From a virus, in IMG/VR virus record IMGVR_UViG_3300045988_147821, positions 32,001-96,000 of that record: a DNA stretch of 64,000 nucleotides. One strand, given 5' to 3'. The position numbers were made by a program, and so were the translations under genes. The notes beneath the pieces are model-generated. The model searched no databases, had not been told where the DNA came from, and was given only the letters and a program-made list of their open reading frames with translations. Each line of letters opens with the position of its first letter. The first letter of the stretch is position 1. Shown here piece after piece: positions 1-9,080 of this stretch.

Positions 1-527
1 TCAATATCGGACGGTCCGATACCTTCCGTTTCAAGAGCGACAGTTTTCAATTCATCAACTTTCATTGCCTTCAATTCCTTTCTTAATTCATCTTCCACAC
101 TGATTTCACCTCCTGTTGGAGTAGAGTTTTCATCCGCCTTTCCGTTGTCTGATTTTTCATCCTTGATTTCAGGCATTTTTGCTCCTTTTTGAAGTTCAGC
201 ACACAAATTTCTCCAATCCAGGGCTTCTTTTTTTGCCTTGCCGATTTCAATGCTCTGTGCTTCGATAATGTTTTTCAAACGGCTTACTTCCGCTTCCATC
301 TCCTGTTTGTATCTCTTGATATCGTCAGTCAGTTCGATTTCAAGTTTGGTATTGGCAGCAGGCATCTTCCCTTCAAGGAACACGCCTGGGTATTTCGATG
401 CTTGCATTGCTTCCCACGTTTCCTTTGACACTTCCGCCTTGCGACCTGTAAACTTCACAAGTTCATTACCAAACATGAATTTCTGATTAGAGTAAACCTT
501 TGATTCAATTCTTACTTTTTCTTCCAT
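1..527 (-). CDS. hypothetical coiled-coil protein downstream of the capsid gene (3' end runs off the window)
   Basis: ATG at 527-525 opens a minus-strand frame (MEEKVRIESKVYSNQKF...) that runs without a stop to base 1. It is absent from the ORF track only because it has no stop in the window. Confidence 0.6.
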   Translation of the reverse strand, partial: MEEKVRIESKVYSNQKFMFGNELVKFTGRKAEVSKETWEAMQASKYPGVFLEGKMPAANTKLEIELTDDIKRYKQEMEAEVSRLKNIIEAQSIEIGKAKKEALDWRNLCAELQKGAKMPEIKDEKSDNGKADENSTPTGGEISVEDELRKELKAMKVDELKTVALETEGIGPSDI

Positions 528-540
528 AATCATTTATTTA

Positions 541-579
541 AATTAAAAAGGGAGGGAGGTTACAAACTCCTTCCCTTTT
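541..579 (-). terminator. intrinsic terminator after the capsid gene
   Basis: On the minus strand, GGGAAGGAG-loop-CTCCCTCCC is followed by TTTTTAATT, 30 nt past the stop of ORF 609..2129. Confidence 0.7.
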
Positions 580-608
580 ATTGAATTAAAAACCTATAAT
601 CGTTGAAC

Positions 609-2129
609 TTATGCCAAACCTTCTTTACCGATATTAACGATACGAACAACTTTGGCAGGTTGGTATAATACAGGAGTACCGTAGTTCAAGATAGCAAATC
701 TACGAGATGGAGATGTGATAGCGAAATCCATCTTCATAGTATCTGCGAACTGCAAGTATTCGTTGATTTCAGAGTTGTTGTAGCAAATCAATGCTGACTT
801 GGTTCCGGCAATGATACGGTTACGGTCACGAACCTTGGTTGCGGCAGCACCGTCATATCCGGCAGCCAATTGAGATACTGAAACCTCAAAAATCGGGAAG
901 TATTTGGTGTTGGCATCAATAACAGCGTTCTTTTCGGTACGATATACAACGAAACAAGTAGCTGCGTATGCACCGCCTACTCCGGCTGCGAACTGCAAAT
1001 CAACTGATTGCTGTGCTGTAACTGCGATAGCTGCATCAGACATAGCAACAGGAGCAGATTCACCGTAACGGTTCTTAGCTGTAACGATGTAACGGTAGTT
1101 ACCTGCATGGTTGGTGAAACGAGTTTTCGTATCACTGTTCTGTGCAGCAGCGTCAGCAGTCTTAGTAGGAGCAACAGGGGCTTTTGCAGAAGTAGCACGA
1201 TCGCCCAAACGTTTCGGCTTACGTTCATCGAAGAAACGGTCATTTTTAATATTCACACGACCGAACTGTGTAACAATGTCGTTTACGCTCTGACCCATTG
1301 TAGCACCCACAACAGAGTTAGGATAACCAACAAGAACACGTTTTGATTCGTGGAACTGTTTAACATAGTCGTTGAACACGATCGGATTAGAGATGATACG
1401 ATCAAATTCACCGTTATATACGTTAACGATTACATTGGCTGCATCCTCAACCAATTTGTCATTCAATACCGAACCGTCAGCATCAACAACAGCAGGGTCA
1501 TTGAAATAAGCATCCAAAACGTTTTCAGAAGTCATACCTTCAATTGTACCACCTTCTTTTGTTACAACACCGATCATGTGTTGGCGGAAGATGCCGTCAA
1601 ACTGTTCGGGAACACAAGAAGAATCGGCATCAACCAATCTGCGGTCAAGCATTGTTTGCAACAACAAAGTCTTGTTTTCAACTTCACGAGCGTACATCTT
1701 TACGCCACCAGCCAATTTAACAAGCATTGCAGGATGAGTAACCTGACCTGTAACACCCATGAACTTAGCAACGATTGAACGTCTGATGTATTGAGAATCG
1801 GTTTCTTCGGGGGTTTCACCTTCTGCATTGAAGATACCTACTTCCTCACCATATTTTGACAATTGGTTGTATTCGTGAACGGTGTTGTCGATTTTGTCTT
1901 TCGGCATTTCGTTCAGATAAACCAACTGATCCAAACGGTTAGTCAACACTTTCAGGACTGCATCCAAAGATTCAACTTTCAGACCACCACCTGTGTTAAC
2001 TTCGTTGTTGTACTGCATACCTGTTTTCAATCCGGCTTCCATAGCCTTCAAGATTTCGGCAGAGTTTTCGTTTCCTACTTGGAAACCGTCAAATGAACCA
2101 CTATAATTGTATAAATCTTCCATATTCAA
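609..2129 (-). CDS. major capsid protein (putative)
   Basis: 506-aa ORF directly after the protease and an acidic scaffold-like ORF, in classic portal-MuF-protease-scaffold-MCP order, followed by a strong terminator. Assigned by synteny and size, not by a diagnostic motif. Confidence 0.7.
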   Translation of the reverse strand: MNMEDLYNYSGSFDGFQVGNENSAEILKAMEAGLKTGMQYNNEVNTGGGLKVESLDAVLKVLTNRLDQLVYLNEMPKDKIDNTVHEYNQLSKYGEEVGIFNAEGETPEETDSQYIRRSIVAKFMGVTGQVTHPAMLVKLAGGVKMYAREVENKTLLLQTMLDRRLVDADSSCVPEQFDGIFRQHMIGVVTKEGGTIEGMTSENVLDAYFNDPAVVDADGSVLNDKLVEDAANVIVNVYNGEFDRIISNPIVFNDYVKQFHESKRVLVGYPNSVVGATMGQSVNDIVTQFGRVNIKNDRFFDERKPKRLGDRATSAKAPVAPTKTADAAAQNSDTKTRFTNHAGNYRYIVTAKNRYGESAPVAMSDAAIAVTAQQSVDLQFAAGVGGAYAATCFVVYRTEKNAVIDANTKYFPIFEVSVSQLAAGYDGAAATKVRDRNRIIAGTKSALICYNNSEINEYLQFADTMKMDFAITSPSRRFAILNYGTPVLYQPAKVVRIVNIGKEGLA

Positions 2130-2167
2130 TGTATTTGTATTTTGTATCTAACTGTTAGCTTGCGCCA

Positions 2168-2839
2168 TTATTTGCACAAAACAAAACCTTTTGATTTAGC
2201 GTAGTTGTACAAGTTCTTTCCTACTGTGTTTGCATAGGAATCAAGCATGTATGTTTTGTAATCATCTTCGATTGACTTCTGAATGTTTTCATCAGCCTTT
2301 TCGTAAAGATTTTGCAACAGACTCTTGCAGAACTCACGCTGTCCTGTAACACTTACTTCCAACTTACCGTTTTTTTCATTCATTTCAGTGTCAATGGATT
2401 TTTCGATAGCAGACAAACCCATATCACCCTTAAACCCCGGAGCGGTGTTTTTTGCCATTGCATCAAATCTTTCATTGATTGACTTGTTCAGTTCAGCAAA
2501 ACCTTCTTTCATGCCTGCAACGATAGAAGCAGAAAGGCTTTCTCTGAAAGATTTGAGAACATCAGCGTCAAGTCCTTTTTCAACCTTGCCTTCTGAATCC
2601 TTATCTTCCTTGTAGTCCTTTTCATCTTCCTTCACTTTCTTTTCAGCATCAACAGCAGCCTTTTCCTCCTTGTCGATCTTTTCTTCCTGCTTAGTTTCCG
2701 ATTCGTTATCCCCGGCTTTTGCAGATTTTTCGATACGGATATTTCCGGCTTCGATTTGTTCAGCGATATATTCATCACTGAAAACAGCTTGAAGTGACTT
2801 GAACACTTCGTTGTCTTTGTATTCTTCTAAGTTTATCAT
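2168..2839 (-). CDS. scaffolding protein (putative)
   Basis: 223 aa, highly acidic and lysine-rich, low complexity (KEEKAAVDAEKKVKEDEKDYKEDKD), located between protease and MCP. Confidence 0.6.
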   Translation of the reverse strand: MINLEEYKDNEVFKSLQAVFSDEYIAEQIEAGNIRIEKSAKAGDNESETKQEEKIDKEEKAAVDAEKKVKEDEKDYKEDKDSEGKVEKGLDADVLKSFRESLSASIVAGMKEGFAELNKSINERFDAMAKNTAPGFKGDMGLSAIEKSIDTEMNEKNGKLEVSVTGQREFCKSLLQNLYEKADENIQKSIEDDYKTYMLDSYANTVGKNLYNYAKSKGFVLCK

Positions 2840-2870
2840 ACTTCGATTATGTTTATATATACAAACTAAA

Positions 2871-3650
2871 TTATTCTGTTTTTCCGCTTACCATCTTCAT
2901 GTAATCCATAAGAACGGATTTATTTACATCCCCATTTTTGACCGCACAAACAAGTCTGTCAAAATCATCCTTGGAGAACTCCTTCTTATTGACAATGGAC
3001 AATTCAAGGCTCTTGTTTACAATAATAACATTTTTACCGCAATCCACTTTCAATAAAGGCAGATTATCCTCATAAACAAAGTCACCATTAGGAATATAAA
3101 AATCCTGTTTCTGCATACCCTTAACAATATCGGCATACGTATTACCGTTTACTGGATTCATTGTAAGGGCCACATTGGTAATCAGTGTTTTTGTTATGTG
3201 TTTAGGATTATCCTTATCTCTTTCCAACGCCTTTCCTTCAATGGAGAATCCTGGGGTACGCTTTGGTTCAGACTGTTCCATTTCAAGTGCTGTATCGTAG
3301 AATGCTCTTGCTTCGGAAGATTTGCTCCACAACTTACATTTCAAATAGAACTTATTTTTCTCAACCTTTGCTTCCAACGGAACTCCTATAAAGAAGCGAC
3401 TTTTGTTTATTGGGGAACGTGTAGGAAGATGATCTAAATTAATCAATCCACGCTTCTTGAACACGTCAAGAACAAAGCCGTTCGGCTCCATAGAATCACC
3501 TTCAAAGTCCTCTGAATTGTCAGAAGCAAGACCTTCAAATATCATATTCTGATATCTGCGATCATCACCTCTTTCATAATCCAACGGATTGAATTTTGAT
3601 TTATGAATGATGGCTTCCAGTGTGAAATTTAATCTGTTATCGTCAAACAC
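2871..3650 (-). CDS. prohead maturation protease
   Basis: EGLASDNSEDFEGDSMEPNGF..GLINLDH and GFSIEGKA match the phage prohead serine protease pattern (EG.AS..D..G ... H ... G.S.GG). Position in the head module agrees. Confidence 0.7.
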   Translation of the reverse strand: MFDDNRLNFTLEAIIHKSKFNPLDYERGDDRRYQNMIFEGLASDNSEDFEGDSMEPNGFVLDVFKKRGLINLDHLPTRSPINKSRFFIGVPLEAKVEKNKFYLKCKLWSKSSEARAFYDTALEMEQSEPKRTPGFSIEGKALERDKDNPKHITKTLITNVALTMNPVNGNTYADIVKGMQKQDFYIPNGDFVYEDNLPLLKVDCGKNVIIVNKSLELSIVNKKEFSKDDFDRLVCAVKNGDVNKSVLMDYMKMVSGKTE

Positions 3651-3721
3651 GTCTTATTATATTTAATCTTAACTTACTAACACAAAGATGAATATTTTTC
3701 TTTGGTTAAACAAAAACTTCA

Positions 3722-3761
3722 ATCAAAAAGTGTCATGGAGCACATTTACGCGCCATGGCAC
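3722..3761 (-). terminator. intrinsic terminator after the Nudix-protein gene
   Basis: On the minus strand, GTGCCATGG-loop-CCATGACAC is followed by TTTTTGAT. Confidence 0.55.
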
Positions 3762-3769
3762 CCGTTGTT

Positions 3770-5809
3770 TTAATGTAATTGTAATCGGTATATAGACTGT
3801 TTTGTCTTGACAAGAAAATCATCAATCAATGACAGTTCACCAAAGTAATCTTCATCCCCGTCCAACGATTTACGGAATTTGGTTGTTCTCTCAAACAACA
3901 GTTTGATGAACTTCAACGGATCAGATTCTTCGATTTCTTCCGATTCAACCGTATTGGCATCAAATCGCCCGAACAATGCCTGTCCTGATTCGGCAAGAGT
4001 ATCCTTAAAGTCATTCATCAAGTCACCCACTTCATCAAGATACACATGTTTAGAATTATCTTCTTCTGTCCAATGAAGATTGTCCTTACGGGTAATCATA
4101 CCCTGTAAGAAATTGATATAGGAGAGAAAATCGGCTTTCTTTGTCTTTTCAGATTTCTCTATATCATCATTTTCCTTTTTGACATCGTTTTCAACGGACT
4201 TATTTATTTCTTCGTTCCTTCTCAAACCATTTACATAAATACAGTTATGGTTAAACTTCCATTCCTGTTCACCGTTATCAGGAGTGATTACCTTGACTGA
4301 AAAATCAGCGCATCTCCCGGACACTTTCTGTATCATGCCCAACATGTCAAAGAACTTTTCCGCACTTTCGGAATTTACCCCCGAATAACTAAAAGAACCT
4401 TGTCCATATACATCTTCTATCGGCTTTTCATCAACCTCCACATATTTCTCCGAATACTGTCTTTTCTTGAATGAAATAGCCTTCTCCACCTTATCGTCAC
4501 CGTTTTCAACACCTGAACCCTGTGGACCAACAACTTCTTCTTTAAGACTTTCAGGAGCGATTTCCCCAGCATCGGCAGTAGTCATGGCTTTTTCTTCAAC
4601 ACCTGTTTCGTTTTCCGACTTCTCAACCTTTCCTTCTTTCTTCTCTCCCCATGATTCAGGTAACTTGTCTGTAAGACCAAGTTCCTTTGCACGTTTTCTT
4701 ATCCATGCCTTTACTTCTGATTTGGGCATGTCGGATGCTCCTACAAGACGTATGGCATCATGTAAATCCTGTTCGTTTCTGATAGGATATTTACCGTTCG
4801 GCATCGCTTCACCTTTCTTTGCAAGATCCTTTCTTTCTGAATGAGAAAAATAAGTTTTGTTCTGCGCTTTCAAAACTTCATCAGGATGCTCCTTACAATA
4901 GGTGTCAAATACTGATTTGCTGATATATCCTTCCGAATATGCTTTCAGTATCCTTGTTATACCGCATGAATCGTCAAGACCCATAATTCTTTTCAGATTC
5001 TCTTTCATATCGAAAATAAAGTTGTAATTATCAATTTTATCCAGTTTTATCCATGCAGAACCAACTTCCTCTTCGCTGTCAAGTAGGATGCTTGCACCTT
5101 CCTTTTCATCAAGAGTGACCATATAATAGTGAATGTCCGCATCGTTGTTTTTATAGGTGGCTACCTCACGTAAACGGTCTGCGGCCACCTCTATTCCCGT
5201 TTCCTCCCACAATTCTCTACGTGCAGCTACTTTAAATTCTTCTCCTTCATCTACATGACCTCCGGGAATACACCAATCATCCGTTGCCTCTCCCATATCG
5301 GTACAACGGTTAAGGATAAGTATTTTTATCCCATCGGGAGTGAACTTCTGAACAATAACATCCGCATATTTCACGGCACCCTTGCTTTTTAGAAAATCAA
5401 AGTACACAGATTTTGTTATCTGTTTCTTTTGATATAGGTATCTCATTTTTTCCGCCTTGTCAATCTCCTTGATTGCAATAGAAAGATCCTTGTCGGATGA
5501 AATGGATTTCATCACGCTCTCATTCTTTATAACAAGGCCACGTAAATCGGATACTTTTATCCCCTGTTCCTTGATAAAATCATCATATCGGTTCATTGCA
5601 TCCTTCATATCTTCATCCATTTCACCTTTCTCCATGAACATGGACTTCAATGCGGACATTTCAGAGAAAGACTTGGCAAGTTCATTTCCCTTGTCTTTGT
5701 ATTCATAAGACTTACGGACAGCACTTCTATATTTTCTAAGTTTATCCGAAGCAGTTTCTAACCCAAGTAAACTTCTTATATTCATAATCAAATTTTTAAA
5801 TAATCTCAT
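3770..5809 (-). CDS. 679-aa head-module protein with an internal Nudix hydrolase domain
   Basis: Perfect Nudix box GX5EX7REUXEEXGU: GHVDEGEEFKVAARRELWEETGI (residues 184-206, about 4985..5377 for the domain). The flanking regions are of unknown function. Confidence 0.85.
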   Translation of the reverse strand: MRLFKNLIMNIRSLLGLETASDKLRKYRSAVRKSYEYKDKGNELAKSFSEMSALKSMFMEKGEMDEDMKDAMNRYDDFIKEQGIKVSDLRGLVIKNESVMKSISSDKDLSIAIKEIDKAEKMRYLYQKKQITKSVYFDFLKSKGAVKYADVIVQKFTPDGIKILILNRCTDMGEATDDWCIPGGHVDEGEEFKVAARRELWEETGIEVAADRLREVATYKNNDADIHYYMVTLDEKEGASILLDSEEEVGSAWIKLDKIDNYNFIFDMKENLKRIMGLDDSCGITRILKAYSEGYISKSVFDTYCKEHPDEVLKAQNKTYFSHSERKDLAKKGEAMPNGKYPIRNEQDLHDAIRLVGASDMPKSEVKAWIRKRAKELGLTDKLPESWGEKKEGKVEKSENETGVEEKAMTTADAGEIAPESLKEEVVGPQGSGVENGDDKVEKAISFKKRQYSEKYVEVDEKPIEDVYGQGSFSYSGVNSESAEKFFDMLGMIQKVSGRCADFSVKVITPDNGEQEWKFNHNCIYVNGLRRNEEINKSVENDVKKENDDIEKSEKTKKADFLSYINFLQGMITRKDNLHWTEEDNSKHVYLDEVGDLMNDFKDTLAESGQALFGRFDANTVESEEIEESDPLKFIKLLFERTTKFRKSLDGDEDYFGELSLIDDFLVKTKQSIYRLQLH

Positions 5810-6209
5810 CGCATACTAAAATACCGTCAGCAAAATAACTATGCGCCCGATTTACTTCAAGAGAATAGCATATCTTATTGATAGTTTCCATCTTTTCAAT
5901 ATCCACTATCTTCTTTATCCCTTTCAAAGTTAATAAACTATCTCCCTTTTTCAAATCCTTGACATATCTCCATCCATCTTCCGACATAACAAGCTGCACT
6001 CCTTGAAAACGATAACCTACAATATCATCATCACATCTTATATTATAGGAAACATCATATTTGGTTGCCAATTCCTGAACAAGTTTCTTGGCTATATGAT
6101 AGCTTTCCTTATAGGACATGACAGACATACCAACAACAATATCTTTGATGTATTTGTCACCCTCTATTGTCCTTATCGCTGTAAAACCCGAATTGAATCC
6201 CATAATCAT
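5796..6209 (-). CDS. free-standing Hint (intein-like) domain protein, catalytic residues degenerate
   Basis: Block-A-like GFTAIRTIEGDKYIKDIVVGMSVMS, a post-block-B-like DGWRYVKDLKKGDSLL, and block F/G-like YSLEVNRAHSYFADGILVCDE. There is no Cys1 and no terminal HN. ATGA overlap with the upstream ORF. Confidence 0.6.
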   Translation of the reverse strand: MIMGFNSGFTAIRTIEGDKYIKDIVVGMSVMSYKESYHIAKKLVQELATKYDVSYNIRCDDDIVGYRFQGVQLVMSEDGWRYVKDLKKGDSLLTLKGIKKIVDIEKMETINKICYSLEVNRAHSYFADGILVCDEII

Positions 6210-6829
6210 TCCTCCCCTTTATATTCTGACTTGTTTCCTGTCAACACCCGTGCACTCTCCATATCCAATGCACGCAAGAAAGTATCTTCCATGACATAGG
6301 AGAATCCCGGCTCACATTCCACTTCATATATAGTAGATGTTACGGGAATACGGGTAACATTCATATTGTGCCGTCTGTAATAAATGATATTTGAACCGTA
6401 TGACATGGAATTTTCCGGCCCGATATCAGGCAAGCAATAATTCCCTTCAAGAACTTCACTCACTTTCTTTGTTATGAACGGCATCCATACCACATCATTA
6501 GGATTGTCGGGTATTTCCTTGCACATGATAAGAGTATCAGGGTGCATCAAGGGGAAACACGTTTTCTTTCCGACATAGTTCTTAAATTCCAATCGAAGCA
6601 AATCCCCCTCATATTCGATAGGGGTAACGCTTACGATGGTTCCATCGCAAAACTTCATGGAATTTCGGTCAAACAGCAAAGTAACAGGAGAGCCTTGCAC
6701 TGTTCTAAATGTCTTGTCACCTGTCATAATTCGTTTGTTTTCCTGTAACTCATTAAGAACTTTTGGGCTTTTAATCCCAAGAACATTCTCGTAGACACAC
6801 TTTATTCTTTGTCCTGAATCCAAAAACAT
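6206..6829 (-). CDS. free-standing Hint-like domain protein (divergent)
   Basis: Starts MFLDSGQRI (Met where an intein Cys1 would be). Contains PLMHPDTLIM (block-B-like His) and IYEVECEPGFSYVMEDTFL (block-F-like). Confidence 0.45.
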   Translation of the reverse strand: MFLDSGQRIKCVYENVLGIKSPKVLNELQENKRIMTGDKTFRTVQGSPVTLLFDRNSMKFCDGTIVSVTPIEYEGDLLRLEFKNYVGKKTCFPLMHPDTLIMCKEIPDNPNDVVWMPFITKKVSEVLEGNYCLPDIGPENSMSYGSNIIYYRRHNMNVTRIPVTSTIYEVECEPGFSYVMEDTFLRALDMESARVLTGNKSEYKGEE

Positions 6830-6847
6830 GATTATAGGTTTTAATTG

Positions 6848-8890
6848 TTAAACATCAAATTCCTTAGTTCCAACCTTGATATGAATTTTGGATTTTCGTC
6901 TTACCTTTCTTTTCTCTTCTTTCATAGGAGAAGTGACGAACATCCTTAATTTTTCATCCCATTCATCAAACATCGGGTTGTAGTATTGGAGCGAGCAACG
7001 GCAATTACCTGATACACATACCTTATTGTTTCTACGAATAATTAACGTATGATTTCTTTCCAATTCAACATCATATATATATCCCTCATATTCTATGACA
7101 TTTTCCTGTATTCTTCTTTTAAGATTGTACTTATTTTTTAATACATTTATCCATAAAATATCATTCTTAGATATATATACCTTTCCCCTTTTTACATCAT
7201 TATAATACCGTTTACCTGTATTTTTAAAAGAAGGTCTTTCTCCGGTTTTTAAAATCAATTCACCCAAATCATCAGCCAATCTTTTACTAGTTGTTATATA
7301 ATGAACTTGTGGCTTAAATTGATACCCTTTCCACACTTTTCCTTTATGAATAGTACCATCTCCAAGTCTAAATGCTTCTAAAAATAAAGAAATGTTTTCC
7401 GAAGTTGTTTGCTTTATAAAATCAGGAACATATCTTACATCTTGCTTTCCTAAATTATAGAAAAACAAAAGTAATTCAGGTTTACTGCAAGCAGAAATAG
7501 TGATTCTATCTTTATCATTTCTAGCCTTTTCCCCAAACAAAGAAGAAGAACATAACCACATCTTTTCCTTAACCTCTTGCTTTAATTGAATCAATTGGAT
7601 TAATTTTCTATCTTCAACCAATGTTCCATCTGAAAGCCAATAGCCCAAAAATTCACAAAACAACTTAAAATCATACTTTATTCCATCAAACTCAATATAC
7701 TCTAAATCAGTTCCTTTCCATTTAGGTATAGTAACTAAAAAGGTAAAATCTTTAGGAAGATCGCTTTCCTTTACTAACAATATATTTCTACCCCTTCCTT
7801 TATTATACTTATTTGTACCAACATGTACATGATTAGGGGTTGTACAAAGGTTATAATCTCTACTAACTCTTTCTATCATAATACCTTTATATTGTTGGTT
7901 TATATACTTAATTGCTTGCACATATTCACCTTCACCAGAACTAGGATTAACTGACAAAAATAATTCATCACCCTTTAAGTCTTTAAAAAACATAAACCCT
8001 TTGTCAGTAAGAACCTCTGTTTTATCATCATAACAGAAAGGGTGCGTAGCCTGGACAGTAGGAAGCCATTCTCTCTGCCTTCTCCCTACGTTGGTCCCAT
8101 TGGCAAGCAATTCTTTCAGTTTGAAAATTTTGGGCCTTGAACCAAGTCCATTTGTAGTAAAGAAACGTATGCAATATGAGCATGCACCATTGAACACTGT
8201 CTTATATACAAGGGCATCCTCACCATGCAAGTCAAGAATACTAAGTGCAGTTCCTTCCTCAAAGATATTCTGCATCTCTGTTTCCATGATACGAAGCCAG
8301 TCCTTTTCCCATATCTGCGTTCTATGACCTATGTCACTTACAATCTGTTTTATAGTCTGTTTTTTATTGAATACAGCACCATTCATAACAGCTTCCTGAA
8401 TCACCCTGCGTTCAGCTTCTGCCTGTGCATTGTCATATTGGGATGCAACCTCTCCAAGAATAGCTTCTGCCACATCCTTTTTCATCTTATCTCCAAGACC
8501 TTTGAGATAGGTATATGTTTTTGTAGCCGCCACACCAAGCCGCATTTGATCTGTAAGCGTCAATTGGGAAACCTGTTCGGATGATACGAATTTATAAAAG
8601 TCAGCATATCCTAATGATGCAGTCTGTCTTGGTTCAAGAACTCCGGCAAGTCTACCGAAAATCATGGCCTGCTGATATGGTGGGATTCGCTTCATCTCCT
8701 TTTCAAAATCAAAGTTGAACTCTTTAAGGAGTTTCTTGTCTGATTCCGAAATAAACTGTTTCCCCAACACTTTTACGATAAGACGAACAAGACGATAGTC
8801 TATTATTCTGAATATCCTCTTGATTACTCCGTCCTGTTCATAAAAAGGTGGATAAAACCTCAAATCCTTATCTATCCTGTTTTCTGCCAT
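6848..8890 (-). CDS. MuF / SPP1 gp7-like head morphogenesis protein interrupted by an intein
   Basis: The exteins rejoin to CSYC...LPTVQATHPF|CRCSLQYY, which is the C..C ... HPxCRC signature of Mu F-like minor head proteins. The gene lies next to the portal. Confidence 0.75.
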   Translation of the reverse strand: MAENRIDKDLRFYPPFYEQDGVIKRIFRIIDYRLVRLIVKVLGKQFISESDKKLLKEFNFDFEKEMKRIPPYQQAMIFGRLAGVLEPRQTASLGYADFYKFVSSEQVSQLTLTDQMRLGVAATKTYTYLKGLGDKMKKDVAEAILGEVASQYDNAQAEAERRVIQEAVMNGAVFNKKQTIKQIVSDIGHRTQIWEKDWLRIMETEMQNIFEEGTALSILDLHGEDALVYKTVFNGACSYCIRFFTTNGLGSRPKIFKLKELLANGTNVGRRQREWLPTVQATHPFCYDDKTEVLTDKGFMFFKDLKGDELFLSVNPSSGEGEYVQAIKYINQQYKGIMIERVSRDYNLCTTPNHVHVGTNKYNKGRGRNILLVKESDLPKDFTFLVTIPKWKGTDLEYIEFDGIKYDFKLFCEFLGYWLSDGTLVEDRKLIQLIQLKQEVKEKMWLCSSSLFGEKARNDKDRITISACSKPELLLFFYNLGKQDVRYVPDFIKQTTSENISLFLEAFRLGDGTIHKGKVWKGYQFKPQVHYITTSKRLADDLGELILKTGERPSFKNTGKRYYNDVKRGKVYISKNDILWINVLKNKYNLKRRIQENVIEYEGYIYDVELERNHTLIIRRNNKVCVSGNCRCSLQYYNPMFDEWDEKLRMFVTSPMKEEKRKVRRKSKIHIKVGTKEFDV
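7004..8035 (-). mobile_element. class-1 intein with LAGLIDADG homing endonuclease (344 aa, residues 286-629)
   Basis: N-terminal CYDDKTEVLTDKGF, block B TPNH, two LAGLIDADG motifs (LGYWLSDGT, LEAFRLGDGT), C-terminal VCVSGN followed by +1 Cys. Confidence 0.85.
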
Positions 8891-9080
8891 AATCTATCAG
8901 TTCTTCCGTTATCTGCTTTATCATGTTAGAAATTTCATCCTTATAGATGTCGTTGGCCTCACTCTCATATACATCCTGAACCTTTGGGAAAGGAGGTTGC
9001 TCCTTTGTCCGGGATTTATAGAATATCTTCCCATCAGGAGCAATCTTTTTAATGAATTGAAGTCCTTTTTGCATTATCAT
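8868..9080 (-). CDS. hypothetical small protein
   Basis: 70-aa ORF translationally coupled (overlaps) between the portal and MuF genes. Confidence 0.5.
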   Translation of the reverse strand: MIMQKGLQFIKKIAPDGKIFYKSRTKEQPPFPKVQDVYESEANDIYKDEISNMIKQITEELIDYGRKQDR

